Position numbers and translations under genes: made by a program. A DNA stretch of 58,121 nucleotides, the filler included, from Sphacelaria rigidula (lineage: Eukaryota), in assembly GCA_964200075.2 (NCBI GenBank). It is 5 parts of 5 records of this genome, joined end to end, with 100 filler letters (N's around TTAATTAATTAA, not from the genome) between each part and the next. Parts side by side here need not be neighbours in the genome. Positions count along the whole stretch, not along the records: positions 1 to 11,545 come from CAXNAA020004805.1; positions 11,646 to 23,190 come from CAXNAA020004806.1; 3 more parts are not named here. One strand, written 5' to 3'. Position 1 is the stretch's first letter. Each line of letters begins with the position of its first letter. Below the pieces are notes generated by a model that made no database searches, was not told the origin of the DNA, and worked only from the letters and a program-made list of their open reading frames with translations. This document shows positions 1 to 11,809 of this stretch, in pieces.

Positions 1-43
1 GCACTTTTTGGCCGGTTCGGGGGGTGGCTATCTCGGCAACAGT

Positions 44-1629
44 TAGTATCACCTGCATCCATCCCAGTTCCAACTACCTATAAACAGGCGTTATCTTCAC
101 CATTTGCGACAAAGTGGAAAGCTGCCATGTTAGATGAACTACAAAGCATATCGGACCACAAAGTGGCAGATACTATTCCGGCAAGTTCGATACCTTGGAA
201 CAACAACATAATTGGTACGCGTTGGGTGTACAAAGTTACAGCAGATGGAAGGTTCAAAGCTCGTTCAGTTGTCCAAGGTTGGGCACAGAAACATGGGTTT
301 GACTGTGGAAGTACCTTCGCGCCTGTATGTAGACTGGAGAGTCAGACAATTTCATTAGCAATAGATACAGCCGAAAACTGGCCTATGGTGGCTCTAGATG
401 TACAAATCGCATTTCTAAACGGCAGATTGGAAGACACTGTGTTCTGTCAACAGGCACCTGGATTCGAAACATCAGATCCAGGTACTGGTCAACGACATGT
501 AATGTGTCTTAGGCGTGCTTTACACGGCCTTCGGCAATGTCCCAATGTGTGGAATTTTACGATTGACATTGATATACATAATATGGGTTTCAAAGCACCT
601 GCAAGTGATCTGTGTGCTTATACAAGATGACAACAAGAACATGACGTCATGATCACTTTGTTCGTTGATGATATCCTAGTTACAGGACCACTATCAAACT
701 TTTAGAGAGTGTACAAGATACTCTCAAAACACATTTTTTAACATCAGAGTTAGGACCTGTTTCACTTATATTAGGTATGAAGGTCATCATAGATTCTGAA
801 ATAGGATTTCTACAACTTTCACAGCACAGCTATGTACTAACTTTGCCACAAAAGTTCGACATGGAATCCTGCAATACCGTACATACACCAGGTATAGCAA
901 ATAAATATACAGAAGAACTCAAAGAAATATTTAAAAACCAACAACAGACGAAATGATATCAAGCAATGGTAGATAGTCTGATTTTTCTAGCAAAAATGCC
1001 GGATTCGACATGGCTTTAAGTATTACTCAGACAGCTTGCCATAGGAGTCAACCAAGTGCCCATCATTGGGGTGCAGTGAAACGCGTGTTTCGGTACTTGA
1101 AAGGAATACCGGATTTATCCATCACGCACCGCTTCTCGAAGAATAACTTGAATCTACGAGAATATTGTGATTCTTCATACGGTAAGTCAGGTTTACAAGG
1201 TAAAATGATATCAACCATAGGAAATAAGTATTTTTTTTTGCTAACGGATTAGTTCACTTTTCTTCAAGTCTACAGAAAGTTACGGCTTCTTCAACTACTG
1301 AAGCAGAACTGATAGCCTTAGCCAGATGTGGAAAATTTGGGATGTGTTTATTGAATCTCCCACGTGAACTTGGCTCGTCATCGATGAAAACACCCACTAT
1401 TTTTCCAGATTCTCAAGGGGCACTAAATTTATCATCAAATTCTAATTATAGTACGAGTAGCAAACACCCAGCTATAAAGTTTTTTCATCTCAAAGATACG
1501 ATGAGAAACGATCAAATAATAACCAATCATGTGAAGTCAGAAAACCAACTGGCTGACATCCTCACAGAATATTGCGAGAAAGTAGTACACCAAAGGCTCT
1601 TGCAACAGGTGGAGGACTTTGGGAAATGA
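44..1629 (+). pseudogene. pol: Decayed Ty1/Copia LTR-retrotransposon pol (reverse transcriptase + RNase H)
   Basis: Copia RT motifs PTTYKQAL...WKAAMLDELQS, GTRWVYKV..GRFKAR, LDVQIAFLNG, and catalytic FVDD at 661-672 just past the TGA at 628-630. RNase H motifs YCDSSY, EAELIAL, DSQGAL and HVKSENQLADILT follow. Multiple stops and frameshifts. Confidence 0.93.
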
Positions 1630-2064
1630 TTACTCAAGTGGAGCATAGACTGACGACGAGAGGGGATCAGCATCGCTTCCAACATCGCAGGAAAAACAAG
1701 AAAAGTGAATGGGCGCATCGGCAACAACAACAATATCCACAACACCACGAGACGTCCTGGTCACCGCCGACGCTCAAATCGTCACCACGCAAGATACAAC
1801 GGAACATCATACCGACGATAAGGAGCTAGTAGCAGCATTTGGGAAGCAAGAAGTAATACAGTAGAGGGGATTCCAGTACCTGGGCAGTCAGTATTTGGAA
1901 GGAGGCAAATGGCTTATGATTTGAACATATTAGGATTTATGGATACTAGTATTTACCCCACCAGTTCTTAGTTTTCTCGTGAGTCTTCCTGCACTTCACC
2001 AAAATCGTGATTTACCTTTCGTCCTAGATTCAAAAGTATTCATTTTTTCATGTAAAGCATGGTG

Positions 2065-2284
2065 TGTGACGAAATTAAGTCGTTACGTTGAGTTGGTAGT
2101 GATGATCTGGATACTGACCGGGGACACTTGATTGATACCCTGGCATGTCTAGGTGGGTGCCTTGGAACGGCATTCCTGAATAATGAGGATGTTGTAAAGG
2201 CTGACAACTGAACCTGAGGCCAGTAAGACTGGGGAGTCCCTCAACAGTAGTGATCCATCAGTCCTTCTTCTGGCTGGCGTCACA
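2065..2284 (+). repeat. 5' LTR (220 bp)
   Basis: Direct repeat of 7120-7367 with 7-bp terminal inverted repeats; roughly 90% identical by eye. Confidence 0.95.
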
Positions 2285-2612
2285 ACATTGATACTAGTGC
2301 TGGTGTTAGTGCTAGAAACCTGCTGGGAAGGATGTTGGTAGAAGTCTGGTAACTGTGGAAGCCTGATAAACCACGGACGCGTGGAGAGGGGTCCAGCTGA
2401 GGCAGCTGCAGAAAGGCGGCTGGCCTGTGATTGATCCAGATTGGAGACTTGCTGAAGCTGCGTGTAGCGGGATTTCGGACGCTCCTACGACTGTGTGGTG
2501 CGGCGACGAAGCAAGGAAAGTGCAATTCGCGAAGGTCCTCTGACCTGCAAAGGTTCGCAGATGGCCGGTTACAGCTACGGCTACGGCTACTGGCTGACGT
2601 CGTACGTCCACC

Positions 2613-3600
2613 GTGACATCCGTGGTCATGCGGGAAGAGTTGCGACCTCCCCAATACGGGGATAGGTACTCAGAGAGCGCATCTCGCACTTTTTATACCA
2701 AGTATTTGGAGTACAAGCAGCGTGTGGAGCACGCTAATGCAGGGGGTGCTGTGCGGCATCAGGTGGTGTCAATGGTCCAACAAGTGCCAACTCATGTGGA
2801 GAGAGTGTTTGCTCGTCTGGAACAGAACGAGAGCACAATCACCCCGCCGCAATTGGTTGCGGCGATCAACACGCATACTGGGTATGCGGCGGGCGCCGAC
2901 GTGGAGCTGACCGAAGCGTCCGCGACCGTGGCGAAAGCTGTCGCCATGGATTTTCGGGGAACGACGATGTTGGAGCGGGTGGAGCCCATCCCGTCAAATT
3001 TGGAGAAGTACTTGACGGAAAATTCGAACGTGGAACTAGTATATCGTTCCCCCGATGGTGACTTCATTCCCGGCCCGGCTGCAGTAATCACTAAGGCTTT
3101 GGTGGAGGGGTTGGCACCAGAAAAGTTCAAGCAAGCTGTGCTTGTAAGGTTGCAGCACCAAACAGACTGGAAAGCCGACCCGTACCTGGTGATGGACACC
3201 GTCGTGGTCGAAGCTGAGGATGGCGGAAGATGGAGGTGTTCGGCCAGTCGTCCACCTCCTCGCCGAAATCTTTGTGCAAACATGGCTCGATATCGGCCGG
3301 TCGCGCCGCGAGTATTACTTGCCACCACTGCTGCCAGGTCGGCCATTGCGCGAGCGATTGCCCAACGTCTTTCGGTGGAGAGTCTGGGCAGTCTCATGCC
3401 GCACGCCATCAGCATCGTCAGCACAAGGGCGATAGACGAGGTAATCGCGGTGGTGGCGGCGGCGGATCCTCCGGCGATGGAGGATCGCAGTCGAGTCCTT
3501 AGCAGCAGCAGCGGGGGCAGCGGCGTCAGCATAAGCCTGATTCTGGGTCCGGCATAGCCGTAGGTGCTGCTGCTCGGCAACGGGCGGTGCAGGTGAGACC
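2613..3600 (+). pseudogene. gag: Gypsy gag (frameshifted)
   Basis: ORF 2613-3557 lies at the gag position. A frameshift near 3225 leads into ORF 3230-3502, which has a CCHC knuckle (CHHCCQVGHCASDCP) followed by a Gly/Arg-rich tract. Confidence 0.8.
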
Positions 3601-3833
3601 GATTTCTAGAGTGTCGAACACTGCGTCGGAGCCGGTGGTGGCGCAGGGGGCGACACCGGCAGCAGCGCCAGGCGCGACACCTGTTGATGCACTGGTCAGA
3701 AGTTCGCCTCAAATCTTGGTCTGATGGCTGAGAGTCATACCCGCCGGCAATGCCGTTTGAACCTTCCGGGGTGCCTTCGCCTTCGCGGTTCGCGCAGCCG
3801 TGGCGTCAAGTGGGATAAGCGGCGCATCGGTCG

Positions 3834-6800
3834 GTGGACGAAGTGCCGGTGGTGTTTGCGGACAGATACATTCCTGCGGAGTTGTGTCTTCCGAATCAAC
3901 GGCAGCGTGGAGCCATTGTGGTTCGGTTTGTGCTGGATTCTGGTGCCCATTTCACTTGTCTGCCGGTGCAGATGATGGAGATGCTGGAGCGTCTTCTCCC
4001 GGGTGTGCCGCTGCGCATCCCGTTTTCGCTCGGGGCGCGGCAGGTAGTCACCGCGTAGGGTCAGCATGTTGCCGTCACGGAGCGTACTGTTCCGTTGCAG
4101 CTACCTTTCAAGACTGCTTGGAGGCTGGCGCCGTTGCCTCCGATCTCGTTTGCGCTTATGCCGGGGTCGGATGGCGTTATTCTTCTGGGGTTGCTGATGC
4201 TTCAGGATCTAGGAGTCGACCCGTATGAGCGCTTGAAGGACCCCATCAAGACGCGGATGTCTCCGCCTGGTCCGCACGTGGAGACGCCCGCCTTTTTGGG
4301 CAGTCGTCACGTGAGCTTGTCGTTGGATGCTTTTCAGGAGGCTGCAGGGCAGGTGACCCAGGAGCGGGATACGGCGGTGGAACGCTTAGCAGAGCGCGGC
4401 CCGGACATGTTCATAGACCCGGCGGAAGAGGAGTCCGCTCGGAGGGTCGCGCTGGAGGAGAGCGTGACGGATGCTGTGGCCAAAGGCCTCAGTGTCCCCA
4501 AAGCGGAACGCCTGCGCGGCATCTTGCATCACCACGTCAACGCGATTCGTCGTGCGCTGCAGGGTGACCCCCCTGCGCGCGTGGAGCCCATGTGTGTTCA
4601 GCTGAAACCTGGGGCGTCCGCGGTGAAGGAGAAGCCGCGGCGGTACGATCCGGTGAAGTCGAGCTGGTTGGCGTCGTGCATGACGGCTCTTTTGGCGCTT
4701 GGGTTGGTAGTCCGGAATCTGCAGGCGGCATGGTCCAGTCCGGCGATGGCGGTTCGTTTTGCCTGGTAAGCTACTACAAGGCCGTAAATGATCAGGTTGA
4801 GAAGTCACCGGGTGTGATGCCCAATCAAGAGATGATCTCTTGAGTGCTCGTTTTTTTGGCAAGTTGGACCTCCTCCAAGGTTATTGGCAGATGCCGTTGA
4901 CGGAGGAGGCGCAGGAGATTTTCACAATGAAGACCCCGTTAGGCTTGTGTACCCCGAAGCGAGTGCCGCAAGGCGTGTTGAATGCCACGGCATATTTTCA
5001 AGGTATCATGACCGAACTGCTTGTCGGCTTGGAATGTAAGATATGGGTAGGTGATGCGTTTGTTTTGGCGGATACAGAAGACGAACTTTTAGATACGCTT
5101 CATGCCATCTTGGCTCGTTTAGAGAGTGCTGGTTTGTTCGCGGCGGCGCACAAATGCACTTTTTTCGCTAGTGAACTCATGTGGTGTGGGAAAGTGAACT
5201 CACACGGACGCGTATCTCATGACCCTGTCAGATTGCAAGGCTTGTCTGACATGCGGCGCCCGGAGACGGCCGCAGAACTCATGCAATTCCTGCCGGCCGC
5301 GAATTGGCTGCGTACCTCGTTGCCGCTTATGGCAGAAACCGTAGCTCCCTTGCGTTTTTTCCCCGATGAACTCATGGCGGGAGCTGCGAGGCGGACGAAG
5401 CGGGTTGCAAAAAACCGCGCTATTTCGCCTGCATCGTGGACGGAGGGTAGGTTGAAGGCGTGGGCGGCAGCAAAGGATCTGGTAGCTCACACCGTGACGC
5501 TGTTCCACCCTCGTGCTGATTGTCAGGTGCTAATGTTTCCAGATGCATGTGAGTGTCATTGGGGTAGTTTAGTTACGCAGGTGCATCAAGCTGATATGCA
5601 AAGGCGCCTGCCGGTGAAGGATATGACCCATGAACCACTGGCTTTCCTCAGTGATAATTCCAAGGGTTCGCAGTCGCGATGGGCCATAATTCATAAGGAA
5701 GATTTTGCTGTCGGAAGCGCTTTTCGTCGTTTGGAGCATCTTTGGTGGGATGGCGTGCACATTTTCACGGATCACCGAAATCCCGTGTATATTTTCAACC
5801 CGGAAGCGTGCGTGACGTCAGTGTCAAAGGCATCGGCATAACCTTTGGAGGGTTGGAAAGCTGTTCTTGGCCAGTATCGTTACTCGATTTGCCAATTTCG
5901 GGTGACCGTAACGCGTGGGGTGACCTGCTTTCGCGTTGGGTGAATATTTCGGCTTTGGCTGTGCGCGCTGTGGCTGTGTATGGTCCGCGTGAGCCTGATG
6001 ACTCGATACCGTCCAAATCTGTTGTCCGCCAAGCGCAACGAAAAGACCTTGGGGCCGAAAAAGCGGATGTGCAATCGTTCGAGTCGGACGTTGGTACTAC
6101 TATGTTGGACAATGAAGATCTGTTTCGTCTGCATGTGCGTGGCCGAAACGGTGTGTGGATTCCGAGTTCTGACAAGCAATCGCAGGTACGTCTGATGATT
6201 TGCGCGCACATGCGCGACGCCGGGCATCGTGGTGTGGCTGCGATGCTCGTGCGCTTGAAAGACTTTTGTGTCTGACAGGGGATAGAAACTCATGTGCACG
6301 AATTTGTCCGGCAGAGTCTTCGCTGTGCCGACTCGAGAGCGGGTGGTGTTGTTCCCCGCCCGCTCGGCGAAACGATCGATGGGACCACGCCGAATGAAGT
6401 CGTTCATTTTGACTTCTTAAACGTTGGCGAGAATGACCCGCTGCTAGCTTCCCAAGGTTTGTCGGGGGATGCTGGGTTTCGATACATTTTGGTTATCATG
6501 AATGATTTGAGCAACTTCGTGGCTCTGAAACCAGTAGAAGTGTGTATTGCTGAATCGACTGCTACATCTTCGCTGAATTGGTGCAAAACTATGTCTTGTA
6601 TGCACGCGTGCGTCGTCCGGGCGTTACGCCCAAGTTGATGGCGACGTGGACTGGTCCATGGAGACTGGTTGGTGCTCACCACCCGCGCGTGTTTGCGATT
6701 CAGAACATTGTTTCGGGTGGTGTTCAGACCGCCCATGCAGCTCGTTGGCGTTTTTGTGCAGACTCGCCGCTTAATGCTACGGCTGACGTTAAGGACGTGT

Positions 6801-7045
6801 TCCAGGATGCGTTCAATCAGGGGCAATTTCAGATGGCTGGTATTGCCCGAGTGGCAGAAGCAGACGATCGTTCTTTGGTCGCGTTGGTCGATTGGGTTGG
6901 TTTCGAAGTTGAGGAGCGTACGTGGGAGCCTTTCAAGGGTACTTTTGAGGCCGCCCCAGAATTTCTCACGCATGAGTTGCGTGAATTGCGCGTGACTCGT
7001 GCCGTTACTGCTTGCATTATGAGTGGGTTTGGTATTCAGTTGTGA
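3834..7045 (+). pseudogene. pol: Gypsy pol: aspartic protease, RT, RNase H, partly deleted integrase, chromodomain
   Basis: Protease FVLDSGA. RT WSSPAM and FGKLDLLQGYWQ...VPQGVLNA..WVGD. RNase H MFPDAC...EPLAFLS...FTDHRN. Integrase HMRDAGHRG and VHFDF..YILVIMNDLS, then WTGPW. Chromodomain LVDWVGFEVEERTWEP. Many stops and frameshifts. Confidence 0.92.
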
Positions 7046-7119
7046 CTTACTCATCGTTTTGGCGTTTTCTATGTGTCAAGCTTGTTGATCGATTTTCGTC
7101 CAACGCGCGTTGGGGGTAC

Positions 7120-7367
7120 TGTGACGAAATTACGCCGTTACGTTGAGTTGGTAGTGATGATCTGGATAATGACCGTTGACAGTGATGATATGGATAATGA
7201 CCGGGGACGTAGGTTGATACCCTGGAGTGTCTAGGTGGGTGCCTTGGAACCGCACTCCTGAATAATGAGAATGTTGTAAACGGCTGACAATTAAAGCTGA
7301 GGCCAGTAAGACTGGGGAGCCCCTTAACAGCCGCGATCCACCAGTCCTTCTTCTGGCTGGCGTCACA
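7120..7367 (+). repeat. 3' LTR (248 bp, internal 28-bp tandem duplication)
   Basis: Matches 2065-2284. Units 7153-7180 and 7181-7208 are duplicated. Preceded by a short G-rich PPT-like tract at 7111-7119. Confidence 0.95.
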
Positions 7368-7492
7368 GGTGCAAGGAAAATGTCGATAAGTTTGATTATA
7401 TTTCACTGAAATGGATTCTCGGAGCTATAGTGTCTAGGGTCGATGCAAAAAGATTGAACACTCAACCTATATTTCATACAAGCATATATCAT

Positions 7493-7563
7493 AGGGGTGC
7501 GTGCTCAATGGTCACACGACTGAGGCAAGAAACAAATAAGTACGCCCCCCCGCCCGCCCCCCT
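7493..7563 (+). mobile_element. LINE extreme 3' fragment ending in C-run
   Basis: Matches the 3' end at 52050-52108 (tgcgtg.tcaatggtca.acgact.aggcaag.aacaaat.agtacgcccc). Confidence 0.75.
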
Positions 7564-7778
7564 CCCCCCCGAAACCCAGCTCGAAAGTGTCACGAAACAC
7601 ATGGTCATGTAGCGCCTGATGTTTAGGCTCAGGCTGCATGAAGCGCCTCATATGGGCGACATTGGCGAGAACGAACCGAAGCGTGGGAATTCCCAGCTGC
7701 TCGATGTGCTCGGTTTTTTTCATTTCGATTTAAATGAAGATTTCGCCTCCCCAAACCAGGCACTTTTTGGAGAGGGGG
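7564..7778. mobile_element. MITE-like element with C-run/G-run termini
   Basis: Starts cccccccgaaa and ends gcactttttggagaggggg. A reverse copy lies at 11646-11809 and a terminal remnant at 1-24. Confidence 0.55.
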
Positions 7779-8082
7779 TCTCGAAGAAAGTGTCCACATC
7801 GTGGTCACTCTCCATTTTCCCCCACTCAATCAAGCCCATCAGCTTGTTATTGGTTTCTGCGTTAGTAAGGAACCAAATGTGTTTGTGTGCTCATTCGGCC
7901 GGATAAAGCGCCAACCTTGAAACATATTTTCTTCTTCAACTGCACGAGCAACTGTTTAACAACACTGTGCAGCCTCTGCGAGCTCTCTTGTCAGAGCTGG
8001 ATTCACGTGATGAATCGTTTGCCTGTCAAATTGAAAGTCGAACGTTGTGTGTTGTACACAAGCCACAGCCATACTTTTAACA

Positions 8083-8556
8083 GACTTCGGGTGGTGGACC
8101 TGGATCTGCCAGGAAGAAGAAAAATGTATTTCATGAGTCGGGTGGAAGAGGAAGCAGATGCACAGAACTGCCCCTGTGGCGAAGCAATCGACTATATAAC
8201 TCATATAGTGCCAGAATGTGAACTATACAACGAAGGACGGGACGTGTTACAGGAGGAAGTGCGCGACGTAAATCGAAGGTGGCATGACCTCGTTCGGTAC
8301 AGTAGACAGTAGCGAGATGATAACGGTCACTATACTACGAGATAGATACTGATCACAGATGGTGAATTAGGGAGGAGATATAATATGTGCAACATTTATG
8401 CATAATGCATGGAAGAAAAGCGATGAGCGCCCGAATATTGTAGGTGTATCTTTTCAGAGTAAACGCGGTGCTCCGGCCCGGCTTTGTAAGGATGCGCGGT
8501 CAATCGTCGAATATCTAAGGCGAGCAACCAATGGGTACACCCCCCCTTCCTCTCCC
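8083..8556 (+). mobile_element. 5'-truncated LINE 3' fragment (ORF2 C-terminal CCHC + 3' end)
   Basis: Encodes LRVVDLDLPGRRK...QNCPCGEAIDYITHIVPECELY. Colinear with 51238-51445 joined to 51861-52108. Ends in a C-run. Confidence 0.85.
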
Positions 8557-8689
8557 GCGCGCTTCAGGCTACGAGCCCGTGTTGGAGGCATTACTCAGTG
8601 TCTATGGGTCAGCACACTAAAATACACCAGATCCAAGCACCTGGATTGGATTATCCCAGTACCTTGACTACATCCCACTCCAATACTTA

Positions 8690-11545
8690 CACCGAAGAAG
8701 TGGAGATACTCCCGGAAGAAATCGAGAGAGACGGTAAGAAAGGGTGGAACAAAAAGTGGACGGGTGACGTACTGATTGTGTTCGTATTGGGAGTCCGTTC
8801 ATGACGAGAACAGACTTGAAATAAAAGGAAACGAAACGAAGTAAGACCATACTGTTTGGCAACGGGAAAAGTGAAGAGGAAGGGAGAACACTTCCGAGTC
8901 ACTCTACAACAGACAGCGAGCAAGGAGTGGGGAAGAGCAGAGACAAACAAGGTGTCGGCATGGGTTGTTAGGACAAGATGGAGAGTATTCGTAGACAATG
9001 TAACAACGGATGCAAGACGTATCCCTTGGGAAAACAGAGGAAAGGGGAAGCAGGAGCAAGTAAATGCCCGGAGGGGAAAGGGAAGGGGAAATAGCGGTCC
9101 TAAGCAAGCATGTCATGACCAAAAGGAAACGAGAAGGAAAATCAAAGGAGTAGAGTAGAAGTAAAAACAGCGGAGAAATAGCAATTGACGAAAAGAGAGT
9201 GGAAATAGGATGCAACTCCATGAAAAAGGAGGCGGAAATAGGATGCAAAGTTGAAGAGTGCGCATGGATAGGGAAAAGGCGGAAGCGGTAGAAAGAAAAG
9301 AAGCGGGGGGCGGCGGGGAGAACAAAAATTAGACGAGGAACATATCTATGTGACATCATAGAGGTGATCAGAAACGCAAAATTCGACGACGAGAGCATAT
9401 GGATCAGGGTATCAGGAGAGCGGGGAACAAAATATGTACTCGTAAGGAACATGTATATGCCCCAAGAATCGAAGAGTACTGTGAACGCTACACAGAGGAA
9501 GTTTGGAGAGATAGCAGCAGGGACACAGAAGCATAAAAGGCAAGGAAAAGTAATGTTGGTGGGATATATGAATACAAGGATTGGAGAAGCAAATCAACCG
9601 GACGGTATCATTGGGCAATAGGGGGAAACGAAGAATAAGAATGGGGTATAGGTGTTGAAGCCTCTCGAGAATAATGCGACGAACGCCGTGAACGACAGAG
9701 TACAAAAGTCAGATCCGTAATTGAGATGGACTAGAAAATACAAAGATAAGGGAGAAGGCTGCATTCTTGACCATTTAGTGGGGGGATCTGGAAATAGTAG
9801 GGGGATGGAAGTACATGTATGCACAGTGAACGTTGGAACTACAGGTCAGCGCCTAAAATGGACAGACAGCCGACAGACGAGAGCTAACAAAATAGGTGGG
9901 TTAGCAAGTTGTTCAAATGAAAAATAGATGAACCCGGACTCGAAGAAAGACAGCAAGAGCTCCGAAAAGGGATGCTTACAAATAAAAGTGATAGTTTCCG
10001 AGCTTTTGGAGAGCGTAGGTACAACAATGAATACCGAAATAGAGAGGGACCAGGCAGCAGCGAAGATTAAAGAAGGATGGCGGAAATTGGTCAAGATCAC
10101 AGCAAGTAACGTCACAAGGGAGGGAACTGTTCACATACGAACGGAGCAGTGAAATGGTGATGATGAAGAAGCATAAACGTCTATAAAAACAACAAGAAAG
10201 GTCCGCGGAAGTTATATCACTAGAGTTATCCTACGATCGCGGAGGGGGGTATTTGCACGAGAAAGGGGCTCATGAGTGTGTCAGACGACCCGCCAAACTC
10301 GTGGTGCGCTTGTATTTGGTTCAAAATGGTGTCGATGGGTTTGAATGGGCGTTAGTTATCTGTCACAAGCTCGTTCGAGCAACCTTTGGTGCTTTCAACG
10401 ACGATTCGACTTGAAAGTTCTCGCAAAAATTGGCCCAAAATACCCCCTCCCCCCTATTGTAGGATGACTCACGAGTGAAACTGCGGTAGGGTGGGGAGAG
10501 TTTGCCCAAGCCCGAAAGGAGGTTGAACAAGTGGTAGAGAGGAAACAGAAGTTGATATGGAAAAATTTAGGCAATGAAACAAAGTAACATTTCGATGGCG
10601 AGATGGAGCAATTATCGGTAGGGATAAGAGAGATGCTGGGGAACCAGCTAGAAGAGATAGAGAAGGGGATGACAAACTAAGATCACAGAACGGTAAAACG
10701 GCTTGTAGTCGAAAGGGGAAGACAGAAGTACTACCAGATACCTACCGAAGATTTGGGACACCAGCAATGAACAAGAGGTTCGACGCTGACTTCGACAACA
10801 AATGAAAGCGTGGGCATAGGCAAGTGTAGAGGTATCAAAACGGGAAAATGGTGGCTCAAAGGAACTTCAGAGAGAGTCCGTCCACAAGAAAAGGGTGAAG
10901 GATTGTGTAGCTATACTGAAGAAGAGAAAGGCAGCAGGGGCGGAAGAGATAATGAATGGATTCCTGAAGCACGGGGGAGAGGGAACGATTGCAGTGATGG
11001 TCATGCTGTACAATTGGATATGGGGAAGCGATGACACACCCAAGAGCTGGAGAGAAGGGGTAGTAGCAAACCGTTTCTAGGAAAGTTACAATGCTGACCC
11101 AGGGAATTATTAAGGGATAACGCTACCGAGCACCGTAGGGAGAAAAATCACGAAGATTCTGAATGATAGAGTGCCAACGATGCTAGAAAAGGAGGAAGAA
11201 ATCAATAAGGGGCAACCAGGTTTAAGACCAAACCGTAGTTGCATAGAACATGTGTGCACATGAGGTACGATTACTCAAGGTAGGAAAAACGCCGGACTAA
11301 CAGGGTAGTGTTCCCTTCTAGACGCATAAAAGATCTGTGCCACTGTATAGAGAAATTAACTGTGGGGAAAGATGTGGGAAACTACGAACAGAGGAAAGAT
11401 GTGGAGAATGGTAGAGAAGATTACATAACGTGCGAGAAGAGCTGTAATGCTAGACGAGGAAATATAGAAATATTTCACACCTCGGATAACGTAGTACCTA
11501 GCAATTTGTGTTGAGTTGCTTTCAAGTCAGACCCTAGCTATAACA
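8690..11545 (+). pseudogene. Decayed non-LTR retrotransposon (LINE): APE endonuclease + RT, cut by contig end
   Basis: APE-like ESIWIRV..NMYMP..VMLVGYMNTRIG at 9364-9621. RT N-terminal motifs LKKRKAAGAEEI, PKSWREG, DPGNY*GITLPS and QPGLRPNRSC at about 10900-11260. Strongly A/G-rich sense strand. The 5' boundary is approximate. Confidence 0.88.
10223..10470. mobile_element. MITE inserted in the LINE
   Basis: TIRs gagttatcctac..ggaggggggtattt / aaataccccctcc..gtaggatgactc, flanked by acta/acga. A related copy lies at about 12628-12850. Confidence 0.8.
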
Positions 11546-11645
11546 NNNNNNNNNNNNNNNNNNNNNNNNNNNNNNNNNNNNNNNNNNNNTTAATTAATTA
11601 ANNNNNNNNNNNNNNNNNNNNNNNNNNNNNNNNNNNNNNNNNNNN
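11546..11645. other. Assembly linker (N44-TTAATTAATTAA-N44)
   Basis: The same 100-bp artificial spacer occurs four times in the window. Confidence 0.98.
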
Positions 11646-11809
11646 ATGGGAAAAGCCGAGCACAACGAGCAGCTGAGAATTCCCACGCTTGGGTTCGTTC
11701 TCGCCAATGTTGCCAATATGAGGCGCCTCATGCAGCCTGAACCCAAACATCAGGCGCTGTATGGTCATTTTTTGCATGACACTTTTGGGCTGTTTTTTTG
11801 GGGGGGGGG
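11646..11809 (-). mobile_element. Reverse copy of the 7564-7778 MITE (truncated by contig start)
   Basis: Reverse complement of about 7564-7723. Confidence 0.75.

Larger units (their letters stand above)
2065..7367 (+). mobile_element. Ty3/Gypsy LTR retrotransposon with chromodomain; both LTRs present, coding region inactivated
   Basis: Paired LTRs with TGTGACG...CGTCACA ends. 4-bp TSD GGTG at 2061-2064 and 7368-7371. Internal order is gag-PR-RT-RH-IN-chromodomain. Confidence 0.95.

Noticed and set aside
11590-11601. TTAATTAATTAA motif recurring every ~11.6 kb
   Set aside because: Artificial all-frame stop spacer embedded in N-runs.
7564-11809. Inverted repeats 7564-7723 / 11646-11809 as TIRs of a 4-kb transposon
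   Set aside because: They lie on different contigs, the left copy has its own right terminus at about 7778, and a third remnant occurs at 1-24. This is a dispersed MITE family.
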